DNA of 64,000 nt, taken from the NCBI GenBank assembly GCA_026025075.1, contig JAPEUI010000011.1, positions 124,001 to 188,000 of the forward strand. The letters are read 5' to 3'. Source of the DNA: Vezdaea acicularis. Its lineage: Eukaryota. The notes under the pieces are model-generated. The model was not told where the DNA came from. It was given only the letters and a program-made list of their open reading frames with translations, and searched no databases. The translations under genes and the position numbers were made by a program. Of this stretch, positions 38,661-49,938 are shown in pieces (the stretch's first letter is position 1; every line of letters starts with the position of its first letter).

Positions 38661-39779
38661 GAAAAGGAATACATCGCTAACGCTTTGATCGTTTAGTTGC
38701 TCCAAATCGCGTACCTCGCAACTATCATCGTGCGCGTGCCTCGCTCCGGCGCCGGAAAGCATCTTTGGGATGTTCATTATGAAGAGTTGAACGGCTTCTA
38801 TACCGTGAGCTCCATTTGACTGATACTCCTCTACCGAGCTTGGCTGACGTCCTTTGCTAGATTGGCAATGTTGGGCAGGTCATTTTCTATGCTGGAGTCG
38901 CTTGTACCAAGATTTCGATTACCCTATTCAACCGCCGACTGACGGGCATCTCGTCAAAACCATGGATGATGACGCATTACGCCTTCCTCGCTCTGCTTGG
39001 CGTCTGGTTAATTCTGGCGGTCTTCATGAACACCTTCCAATGCAGCCCCACCATCTACCGCTTCAACTACTTTTTGCGTGGGCAAAACCCGAAGGCGTAC
39101 AAGTGCTGGGATCCGGCGAAGCTTGCGAACGCTTTTGCGATCTCCAATGCCGTACAAGGTCAGTCCGGCCGTTTCTTTTACATCTGCTTTCTCTGAGATT
39201 CTGTTGCTGACTGTATTCGTAGATTTCATGTTGTTGACCGTCCCCATCATCGTCTTGTGGCGCGTTAAGCTTCCCATCATGACCAAGGCTCGCCTCATGG
39301 TCCTCTTCGCCATCGGCACCGTTTCGTGCGCTTGCGCCGCCATGCGCGTCGTCGCCCAAGGCTATAACACCTTCGACTACACTTGGAGCTTCCCGCAGAC
39401 GATCGGCTGGACGATCGGCGACGGCGTGCTCGGGGTCATCGTCGCCTCGCTGCCTGCGCTCAACACGCTGCTTGACATCGTCTGGCCCTCCAGCTGGAGC
39501 AAGCGCAGCCGCACCTTCGGCTCTGTCGAGAAGAGCTACGGCTCCAACAGCACCGGCGACCGCTCCGTCGTCGAGGCCACCCCCACCACCGCCGAGGGCA
39601 TCCGCCGCCGCGACGAGGTCGAGCTCGGCTACTTCCCCGCCGAGGACATGTCCAAGGAGAGACTCCCGCCCGGCCAGATCCCCGAGAGCCTCCAGGCCGA
39701 TGGCAAGAAGAGCGATGTCTACTGGTCGAGCCGCGTCGTCGGCAAGAACGGCTCCAAGGGATCGGCGGACAGCGTTTAG
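38208..39779 (+). CDS. PTH11-like/fungal rhodopsin-domain 7TM integral membrane protein (no CFEM domain seen)
   Basis: ARLSVR..FGADDWFI, GAGKHLWDV, KISI, FQCSP, DFMLLTVPIIVLWRVKL..KARLMVLFAIG and VIVASLPAL motifs. Introns 38472-38696, ~38805-38860 and ~39159-39221. Confidence 0.9.
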
Positions 39780-40333
39780 CTTTTCTCTCTCCGCCCTTTT
39801 TTCCTTTTCTTATTTAAAAGAAAAGCGCGCTCTGTGTGTTTGCCCCCGCTCTCGCGCGCGAGTCATGACGGGCGTCTAGTTTTAGAGTACTGATGGCGCC
39901 CAGTGGGCTGCCTTCCCCCTCTCCCCCCCGTCATGTGTTTCTGTACATGACGATTCTTTCACGAGCGAGCGGCTTCGGGGCATGAACGCGTTTCCTTGCG
40001 GCTGTTAGGCGTCCGTTGTGCTGTGTTCTTCTTTTGGTTTGTCGTTCCGTTGCCCGCCACCTCTCAGTGGTGCTCGTTCATACTTTACATACCCCTACTA
40101 CTATACTATACCGTGTCAATCGATGTTTTTCAAAAAGAGCAGGGTGTCTGGTTGTTAGGGGGTTTTCTTTTTGGTGATGTATGGAAGGAGGCGAGAGAGC
40201 GAGGGGGAGGTGGGGTTGTATATGTATGAATGACACCAAGTGCAAAGGGTGTATGCGCAATGTAGTAATCGAATGAATGGAACATATGTCTCTTACATCG
40301 GTGTATGAGCGTGCTTTATCGTCTTGAAAGCCT

Positions 40334-40372
40334 CCCTCCTCCTCCTCTCCTCTCCTCTCCTCTCCTCTCTTC
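40334..40372 (+). repeat. CT-rich microsatellite (CCT/CTCTC repeats)
   Basis: ccctcctcctcctctcctctcctctcctctcctctcttcc in the low-complexity intergenic region between the two convergent genes. Confidence 0.8.
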
Positions 40373-41721
40373 CCCCGCGCTTGCCAATATTGACATCACC
40401 AGCTCATGCAGAGGCTTGGTCGGGTTATATACACACTCTCCCCTCCCCTTCCCCCCTCTCCTCCCTCTGCCCAACTACTATATCATTCACTGCCTGCCTG
40501 CCCGCCCGCCAGCACATCACCCCAACGCCTCTCCCCGGCCCCGGAATCCTGGGGTATGCCTCTCCCGCCTTTCCCGCCCCGCCGATCGCGGATCCGTGGA
40601 TCACCCGCCCCTCGCGCCAGTACATTTGTATGTTTTCCTGCTCTCAGCCTTTCCCCCCCCCCGCCGGCGGTCCTCCTCGCACTCACTGGGGCGGAGCACA
40701 GCTTTGAAGGAATGGGTATGGTTGGGGCGTGTGGCGCTGGGCTGCAGGACTGCCTTTCCCGTGTTTGGTATGAGTTTCGGATTTTCATTGTTTATTTCTT
40801 GATTGGATGGGGAGGGGGTGGGGGCATGATTCACCACGAAGAAGAATTCGACATCACTGGGTTGCAAGGGTTACGGTATTAGCAAGCGGATGGATTTAGT
40901 TGGCGGTTCTGTGGCTACGACGTCTTGCCCCCGAGTGGTACTCTCGCGAGTGGTTTTTTTGTGTATGAGCTAGCCCTGTTAAAATCCCCTTTTCCTGTCC
41001 ACTAAATGCTTTCAGAGCTCCCCTCGAGCTTTGGGCTACGGCCTGAAAGCTCGAGACTGAACCCCCAACCAAGTCATGCGCTCATGACTCGCGGAGGACA
41101 TTGTTACGCCCCAGTAACGTGTCTGATGATACAAGCCAGGCCAGGCCAGGCCATGCTGAGTTGCCTCTCCCGCTGTCAAACGCCTCCGCTCTCTGGCCAG
41201 AAAGGGGGGTACGTCATGCAGGATACCGTATCAGACACGATTAGCACGCCCAACGGAAACCCTTCGACAGCGTGGCTCCACTATGAAAAGCCAGGTGAGG
41301 GCCAGGCTTCCAATTGGGCTCATCGACGCCCGTTTTTGGTGTGCTTGGGACAAGCTGAGGAGGTGGGGGCGCTCTTGTCTGCCTTATTGCACTCAGACAT
41401 TCTCATGTGTAGCTGCGTCGGTACGTGGCGCTAAGAGGGAAGGGTCTTGGCGATAGTGGTTGAGATCGGAGGAGTGAGTGGGGTTCGATGAGGCTCTGGG
41501 CTACATGGGGCGAGATGCTGGGAGGGCGGGAAAGGCAGATCGGAGATGTTGATGAGGCTGGTGGAGGATATAGGTGTCAGCAATATCGTCACACAGACAC
41601 AGACGCACACACACAGCAAGAGGAAAAAGGAAAGAGGCAACAAGAATCAACACCAACCTTCACATACTCTACACGACGGGCGAGGCACATCAGAACATCT
41701 TAACATTCCAGATCTCAAACG

Positions 41722-43273
41722 TCACGACAACGCGCCGCCATCGAGTTTCGTAGCTTCCTGCCCCCGATTGAGCTGCACCCTCTTATCTTCGCCCGCGCTC
41801 ACAATCCCCACCGTCGCATCCCACACGACGCCAAAGACCTTCACGCCCTCACCACCCACGCGCCTCCTCTCTTCCCCCTTTGCGCTCTCGCGAGATATCG
41901 TATACAGACTCTCGCCCACCGGTCCGCCTTCCCCGCTCTTGGTCGCGCGCACGTCCCATACCCGGCATGTGCCGTCGTGGCTGGCGCTGACGAGGCCCCA
42001 AGGGCTGGCGGGATCGGGGGCGAGCGCGATGACGGCGTTCGTGTGGCCGCGGAGGGTCAGGGGCGAGACAGTGGCGGCCGAGGCGCGAGGATCGATGAGG
42101 GTGATGTGGCGTGCGGAGGTGCCGGCTGCGAGGAGTTTGAAGGTTGGGAGGGCGGTGAGTGAGAGGAGAGGATGCGAGGTTGTGCGGATGTCAACGCTGG
42201 ACTGGACAGTTAGGTCCCAAGTGCGGAGCGTGTGGTCCCAGGAGGTGGAGTATGCGACTGTGTTATCGGTTGGGGAGAAAATCGTTGCAGAGACTGGGGC
42301 AGTGTGGCCTGTGAAGAAAGATAGGGGGCCGCGTTGGGGTGTGTTCACTGATGCTGCTAGCCGACGCTTCTTACTACGAGCAGAGGGGCCGGAGGAAGTG
42401 TGTGATGGTGGGATGGCCGGCGCATCTGACTTCTTGCATGACCACACGCCTATAGTGTTGTCCGTGGACGCAGATAGGACTCGATTCGAGGGGCCGTGAA
42501 CTGCCAAACCATTGACACTGCCTCGGTGCCCATGCAGTTCGAGGTAGGGCTCTATATTGGCGGAGGAGGATTCAGAGGAATCCGTGTACTTCCATATCCG
42601 AACCGTTCTATCCGAGCCCGCTGATGCTATTCGGTTAGGAGAGATAAATTTCGCAGCAAGGATAGATGATGTATGGCCACCTGCATTCGCAGACGCAGAG
42701 GTTGCGAGGACCTCCGAGGACATATTCCACACGCGTAGTAGGCCATCATAGCTTCCAGACAATATTCGCTCCTGCCCCGGACCTATGAGAGAGCCGTTTT
42801 TGGTCCATGTCCGCGCGGGGGAGGTGTCTGAAAGGACATCCACAGAGCTGACCCAATCATCGTGCTCAAAGGAAGCAAGGTAGAGTGGAGGAATGAGACT
42901 TCGGACGCATTCGAGAGTAAGTGTACTCTCGGAGGAGAGACCATTCGCGGTGAGGTGCTCGTCGAGGGTCGTTCTTAATAACGTTCCAGAAGAGAGAAAA
43001 TCGAAAGGTGTAGGCTTCTCAGTTCCGACAAGATGGTTTACAACTGACGACAAGCCATACCTCCGGAAGCCTAAATAACATATAAGCACATTGCCCCAAT
43101 GGTCTTGGACAGGGACTCATTCACTCACTGGTGGGCACTAGAATTGGTGCTAAATCTTGGGGAAGCGTGATATCTGGTTGTCTAGTGGTGAAGTGGATTT
43201 TGACTTGCGCTGTTGAAGGGTCTTCACCCGCTTTTGACCCGGGGGTTAATTCAACTCCTCCTTCCGCTTCCAT
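41722..43273 (-). CDS. YTM1: Ribosome biogenesis WD40 protein Ytm1/WDR12 (PeBoW/Nop7 complex)
   Basis: NLE-like N-terminus ([34 protein letters not shown]), [10 protein letters not shown] repeats ([31 protein letters not shown]). One intron ~43128-43073. Confidence 0.95.
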
Positions 43274-43350
43274 AGCCTCAATAAAGTCCTGTTGTTGGCG
43301 GTAGACAGTATTCAGGAAATTCTAAGAGCTGTGGTGGAATTTCGAGGTTC

Positions 43351-43363
43351 GCGAAACTTTCGC
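43351..43363. promoter_or_regulatory. Palindromic GCGAAA-C-TTTCGC element in the 180-bp YTM1/MSM1 bidirectional promoter
   Basis: Perfect 6-bp inverted repeat with a 1-nt spacer, almost midway between the two ATGs (43273, 43454). Confidence 0.45.
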
Positions 43364-43453
43364 TGGATCGTCTATCGGGACATCTTTAATCCGATAATAA
43401 TCTTCAAGCCATAGAAAGCTTGACCTGATCATGCTTCTACCACTTTTACCCCG

Positions 43454-45300
43454 ATGCCCCCACTATCCTCGATACTCTGTATCAACGCAAGACTTCAATT
43501 TGGTACAAGGGCAAGCTTCCGGATTCTCCACAGCAGTCTCGTGCCCCAATGGAACCAGACTCGCGGCAGAGGTCTCGCGAGCGTAGCGCCGAGTAAGAAA
43601 CCGTACTATATAACGACACCCATTTTCTATGTCAACGCCGGTACGTGGGCCACTTCCGGGATATCTGTAATCATCCATGAGTGGCAAATATGTTGACTGG
43701 GAACTAGATCCTCATGTCGGCCATCTCTATACTCTTGTCCTAACAGATGTCTTGAAGAGATGGCAGGTCCTATGCGGCAAGGAGGCCATCCTTTGCACGG
43801 GCACGGACGAACACGGCATGAAAATACAACAAGCTGCGGCGAGGGCAAAGACTGATCCAAAGACTTTTTGCGACAAAGGCGCGGAGACCTTCAAGGATCT
43901 AGCTAGAAGGATAGAGATCTCTAATGATCATTTTGTTAGAACAACAGATTCGGATCACCGAGATGCTGTCCAACATGTTTGGCATCTTCTCCAGGAGCGC
44001 GGCTACATATATCAGTCGAAGCATGAGGGTTGGTACTCAATAAGTGATGAGGCATTCTATCCCAAGTCTGCGGTTCACCTGATTGTGGACCCTCCCACTG
44101 GACGCAAGATAATGGTGTCCATCGAGACCGGGAAAGAAGTCGAATGGACTTCTGAAACGAACTATCATTTTAGATTGTCTGCATTCAAGGACAAGCTACT
44201 AGACTTCTACCAACAGAATCCGACATTTATAGTACCGCAAGCGCGCCACACAGCGATAGTAAAAGCAGTAGAATCTGGGCTGGATGATCTGTCCGTTTCA
44301 CGCCCAGCTGAGAGGTTGTCTTGGGGAATACCTGTGCCTGGCGATGAGAGCCAGATGATCTACGTCTGGCTTGACGCTCTGATAAACTACATCACAAAGG
44401 CAGGCTTCCCCTGGGCACCTGGGAAAGAGAGTATGGGCGGCTGGCCCGCTGACTGCCACGTTATCGGAAAGGATATCACAAGGTTTCATTGCATATACTG
44501 GCCGGCCTTCTTGTTGGCACTTGACATACCACCTCCCCGCCAGATCCTCACTCACGCACATTGGACTCTAGGCCATAGGAAGATGTCAAAATCTACTGGA
44601 AACGTCGTCAACCCATTCTTCGCACTTGATCGCTTTGGCGTTGATACAATGAGATTCTATCTGATTCATGATGGAGGCTTAATGGACGATTCAGACTATG
44701 GGAATGAATTCATCATTCGTGCGTATAAGAAGAGCCTCCAGGGCTCACTTGGCAACCTTTCGAGTAGAATTACCAGAACGAAACAGTGGAGTGTTAGAAA
44801 GGCTGTCCAGACGAAAGACTCAACGAGCTCAGATCTCGATGACCAAAGAATGCGCGAGCTCATTACAGAACTCCCCAACCTCGTTTGTGAGAAGATGGAG
44901 AAGCTGAACCCCGGTGCCGCCTTGAAGGATATAATGTCCTTGACTTATAAGGTAACCTTTGGTTGGCTCGCTGCTTGTGTTAAATAGTGGCTAACTATAT
45001 TAGACGAATGCGTACATAACAACTACAACTCCCTGGAGCATGGTCAAGCAGGGCCATGAGCAGCGAGCTAATCAAATTGTCTTCCTTGCCGCAGAGAGCT
45101 TGAGAGTAACTGGCATCCTTCTTCAGCCGTACATGCCCGAGAGGGCGGCATTCCTTCTTGACGTGCTCGGTGTCGATCCATCGCGGCGAACCTTTGATGA
45201 CGCGAAGTTTGGCCTGGATAAGGATTTTGGGGAGAGTAGGATACCGATCGAGAAAGGAGAGAATGGGATGATGTTCCCTCCCTTATACAGTGAAGTGTAG
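43454..45300 (+). CDS. MSM1: Mitochondrial methionyl-tRNA synthetase
   Basis: Arg/Ser/Leu-rich presequence, YITTPIFYVNA|DPHVGH (HIGH), GTDEHGMKI, YVWLDAL, IGKDI.RFH and KMSKS. Introns ~43641-43708 and ~44952-45003. Confidence 0.95.
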
Positions 45301-45445
45301 AATTCGTTCCTCTGTACCAATAGAATGTATCATATCATCTGAGAGTGGCTAGCCATCCCTTGGCATCAGTTCAGTAGCACCTCAACTTCTAATAAACTCA
45401 CCTTACTTTCAATTTTCAACCTCCAGTCAAGTTTTCTAAAGCTTA

Positions 45446-45578
45446 GATCACGAAGGTGATCGAAGAGTCGCCTACATATCAAGCCTCAGCGTGAGATATT
45501 GGCAACCCCCCCGAGCACTGCTCGGAGCCCACCAACGCAACCGCGTTATTATTCGCAGTTGCGCTGATGGATGGTTGT
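45446..45578 (-). ncRNA. Candidate small structured ncRNA (four contiguous hairpins) with upstream TATA box
   Basis: Stems 45570-45554/45545-45529 (17 bp), 45527-45520/45516-45509, 45508-45501/45472-45465 and 45461-45456/45451-45446; G-U pairs favour the minus strand. TATATAA at 45627-45621 followed by a pyrimidine tract. Confidence 0.55.
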
Positions 45579-46072
45579 GGAGGAGAAAAGAAGGGAAGAA
45601 GTCAGGGAAAGAGTGGGGGGTTATATAGGCAGAAGTCTGGCGCTAGTGGCGCACGTGCTGTTCATTCACTGTATGCATAGCTATATGGAAACTCCCTTAG
45701 CTTAGCTGAGTGAATGCGGAGAAGCAATACGTACACGTGCCATCATATGAGTTTCATGGTCTGTTTAGGTGATGCTATGTTTTATTCTGAGCTTGAAGCA
45801 TTTGCCAAAGATCACTCAGCCCCGTAACGCCCCTCTCCCCAGCCTCGACTTCCAAATACAATGCAATACTTCTGAGCCATCCTCGAAGAAGCCGCCTTCC
45901 TCTTACCTTAACCTCAGCTCATCCAATCAAAGCGGATGCGAAACATCTGCTGTGAAACTTCTCAGAAGTCTAACCAATCACCTCTACTAGAGAAGCAAGC
46001 GAAGTAGCAAGTTCAGATCAACAAGATCTGTGAACAGATAAACCGAACGAAAGTTCCTTCGTCTCCCAGCAA

Positions 46073-47148
46073 TTACGCGGCGGCAGCGACTATAAGGGTC
46101 TTTCGATAATTCCAGTAATTGGCCCGAACTGGGTCGTAAGTATCCGCTAACAAAGTCAATGCTTTGATGGCATCCTCTTTCTTACCATCCTCTTCAGCAT
46201 AAATCTCTGCGAGGATGTCGAGAGCATGGGAGGATTTGACATTATCAGGGCTGTCAAGGGGGGCAAACTGCTGAGCAAACTCCTTGATCTCGCTCAATGG
46301 AATCCGCGCCTTCCCTAAGACTCTGTTTCACGGTCAGCGTTTAGTCTGCGGGCATAAGATCATGCGTACGCACCCTCGAAGGTAGTTCCAAGGGCTCTGG
46401 TTCTGTGGAGCTTGGAATATAGCAGTCTTGATGTACCTATCGATAGGCTAGCATAAGTATTATATGATATGATATCACATTGATCAGAATATCCTTACTC
46501 AATTTCTTTATCAATCGTCTCTTGGCTCGGCGGAGTATCTCTTGCGAAAAGAATAAAGAACCTGTGATTCCACGCCGAGTTATTCCGCACATCTTTGCGC
46601 AAGAGCTCGTCAACATCAGGCATTTCCGTATCCCAGAGATTATATTTGCGGACGAGCCATTGCCGATACGACCACACATGATAATTTTTCGAGTCCTCTT
46701 CAAACATTTCCATGATGAATTCCCTCTCGCCTGTCGGATCTCCCAGCCGCTCCATTAGCAGCTGACGATGATGCCAAATCTGGTAATTCTTTAGGTTGAG
46801 CAAAGCGATATTGTTTAGCCACTGGATTTCCGCTCGCAGATCACTATCTAGACTGAAAAGAGTCTGGGCTCGGTATAACCAGACGGTATAGTGTGCGGCG
46901 TTCATCCCCACCAAATGGGCGGTCAGCTCCAAAACTCTCTCCGAATGCTCATCCTTTGCCATGACTGCTCGCAAGTAGTCCATAGCGTCAGTATATTCCT
47001 CTGTATAAGCTATGGCAGACAATGGGTTGGGCCCGCCATCATCTTGGGGTAGAGGTATAATGTCCGCCCATTTTGGATCCGCGTGGTACGGGATTTGTCT
47101 CGCAATGCGTTTAGCCTTGCCTTTCTTCACCATGGTTGAGGATGCCAT
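46073..47148 (-). CDS. RAM2: Protein farnesyltransferase/geranylgeranyltransferase-I alpha subunit
   Basis: PPTA repeats: AHYTVWLYR, KNYQIWHHR, KNYHVWSYRQW, RNNSAWNHR, QNQSPWNYLRG; C-terminal DPVRANYWNY. Two introns. Confidence 0.95.
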
Positions 47149-47504
47149 CGTGTATTCAGCCCGAGATTGAGAAACGAGTTACTGGGCAGATTCCCTTCGT
47201 TGGAGATCTCCAGGTTCGCGATTTCTACAGCATGTTCCCGAGTTTAGATGGGTTTATAAGGCAGAGTCGCTCGGACTGTTCGCTTTGATAAAGCAGGACA
47301 ATAGTAATTTCGGACAAAGCCTAAGCTTTGCAACTTTTATGCAGGGCTTATTGGCCTTTGAGATACATTGCATGAAAATTTCTGTAAGATAAGTTCTTGT
47401 TATTATTTAGTACAACTATGATACACTCTAGAATTATTTGTAACAGCCCTGGACCTGCCCCAATGATATGCGCTCTAAAACTGAAGGAATTGACGAGGGG
47501 GGAT

Positions 47505-49172
47505 CTAAGGTCGCCAGAATTTCCAACCTTCCCTTTTTTTCGTGACTCCGACTCCAACTCCAACTAGTTGCTCTAAGGCGGTATTATCTTTCGCCTTCAG
47601 AAACTTCTCTTGGTCAATCTCCTCCCCCCCCTCTTCATCAGACCCGTTCTTCAGCACCGCCGGCATTAAAACTCCGACCCCATCGCCACCTAATGTTGTC
47701 TCGTATCTTTCGAAGTTCTCTGCATCAAGTTTTCTTTCGAGCTCTCTCAATGTTGAAGATTTGATTTCGGGTTTTAACATTGTGATAGCACACCCACCAC
47801 CACCAGCCCCTGTCAATTTGGTCCACCCAATGCCGGCATGATCCACGAGCTCACGAATACGGTCGAGCCTTGGATGAGAGACACCAAGGGATACGAGGAG
47901 CCCATGGTTGATTCTAATAAGCTCTCCCAAGTGCCGTAGGGTTGCAGGATCCATTTTGTCGAATGTTGGTGACCGGATAAGCTCATGAGCAGACTCGGTA
48001 ACCTTATCGATAGAGGAAAGCATCATTTCTGTGACAATCGGATGAGCTTGCTTCAGCGCGCCTACGCGCGCAACCTCAACTGCGGTGGAGCGCGACTGTC
48101 TCGTGTTTACGAGAAGTAGTGGCAGTTCAGGGAAATTTCGCAAAGGAGTAACGGCCGGGGGCTTGTTATAATCTTTTCGTTTGAAAACCACAGCCTTGCC
48201 CCCCGATGACACTGTATTGTCGACGCCACTCGGGTTTCCATGTATACACATTTCTCCAACAAAAGCCCACCTATTGATGCGCTCAAGTTGGAGTTCGGCC
48301 TCGTTTGAAGGTTGATCAGGATGTGGACCAGCCAATATCCGGATTTGTAGAAGCAGGGCTGCGCTCAGACACACGCTGATGCTAGCGCTGCTTCCTAAGC
48401 CTGCGCCAATTGGTATCGTGGACCGCAAGGTGTATATACATGCAGGGCAGTTGTGCGATCCCAAGCTAAGGAAAAGATATAGAAAGGCTGACGCAGCGGC
48501 TTGGTGTATTTTCCTCGTCTCTTCCGGAGCATCTAATGAAACCGTCGAGATATGAGGTTTCATTGCAGCAACCAGGTCTGGATCGAGACTTGAAACCAAA
48601 TCATAGTAGTACTTCTTCTTGGACGGATGTGCGAATGTATCCCAAGGTAGAGAATCGATATTCCAAGTGTGGTCCAGTGAGATGTCAGGAAACCTTAGAG
48701 TGACAGTTCGCCGCGATTTTGATAAAGAAGTTACAAGAAGATAGGACCGGAGAGAGATTGCAGCAGCTATTGCAGCCTATGCCGTTATTCAGTCAGCTTT
48801 TAGACAGCATCAGGTACAGGAAAGGGTGAAAGTTACCTTCCCATAAACGACGGCATGCTCACCGTAGACAATGACTTTGCCAGGCGCAGACACCATGAAA
48901 GCCGGCATCATTGGTGAGGAGTTTCTCCGGTCCAGGTGTGTCTTTGGCCGAGTTGTTGCAGTATTCATCTCTTTCAGACCATTGACGTGAACCTGCTGAT
49001 GAGTGCCATTGGTAATCCCTTCTGCTCCAACCATATTATCAATGTTCGCAGAGACACTGGACGGCCTTTCAGAAAACGTTCCTACCATCGTCATTGTTCC
49101 AAAAGCATGTCTTTGGCAGCTTGTGACAATGACGGAAATAGTCGTATGGTTATGGGACGATATCGTAGGCAA
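47505..49172 (-). CDS. ERG12: Mevalonate kinase
   Basis: SAPGKVIVYGEHAVVYGK|AAIAA, PIGAGLGSSAS (GHMP ATP loop), HGNPSGVDN and KLTGAGGGGC. Intron ~48836-48777. The true start may be a downstream ATG (~49094 or 49088). Confidence 0.96.
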
Positions 49173-49938
49173 GTCAAGACTCGGGATTAGGGAAGCCGAA
49201 AATTGGAGGCGAGGGTAGGCTAGCTTGAGCAGGGGTGGCTACAGTAGCTCGCATGCATGATGATGAGCAGAAACCGAGTCAGCTCTTCGGGAAGGACTTT
49301 AAGTACAGCCTTCGGACCATAAGGAGTTCCGCGCGTTCGGTTTCGGGCCATTTCACTTGGACCGTTCCCGCGAAATTTCCAACACGCACTCTCTGTCTAC
49401 ACATGTGATACGAGCTGCAGTGTCAACGTTTTGGTACATGCGAGGCAAGGTCGGTGCTTCATGTTACCAATTATAGATAGGTGCGCTCTACCATATATCA
49501 ACCTAAGCTGAGATATGAGAGGCCAACTTACAGCGTCCTGGGGATGAAAGGCTGGTAGGTGAATAGAGCGCACGGGGCAGGGGCCTGGACCTTGCTTGAT
49601 TATAGAGCGTTACAATAGAGCATATACCAAAGATCTGAAAAGCCTACACATATATACTAGGTTAGAGGTCTATAAAGATCGTATCATGCATCTTTAGCAA
49701 TGAAGGCGTAAAACTAGCTTAGTTCCCCCTGTCGTCTTGAAATGGTCCCTGACCCTCAGGTGGAATACCGTAGTACGCGTAGTTGCGCTACGGTGTGCGC
49801 TACGGTAGACGCGAGCACCCCATGTTAGCACCAGGTCGCAAAGTGGACACAGAATGCCTTATTCGCTCTCCAACATAACAACCTTCACTTCTTCATAAGC
49901 TTCAGGGCTTGTACAGCTTTACTTTACTCCTTTCTGGA

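Noticed and set aside
41546..42499. 317-aa plus-strand ORF
   Set aside because: Antisense shadow of YTM1 in a GC-rich coding stretch; no recognisable features.
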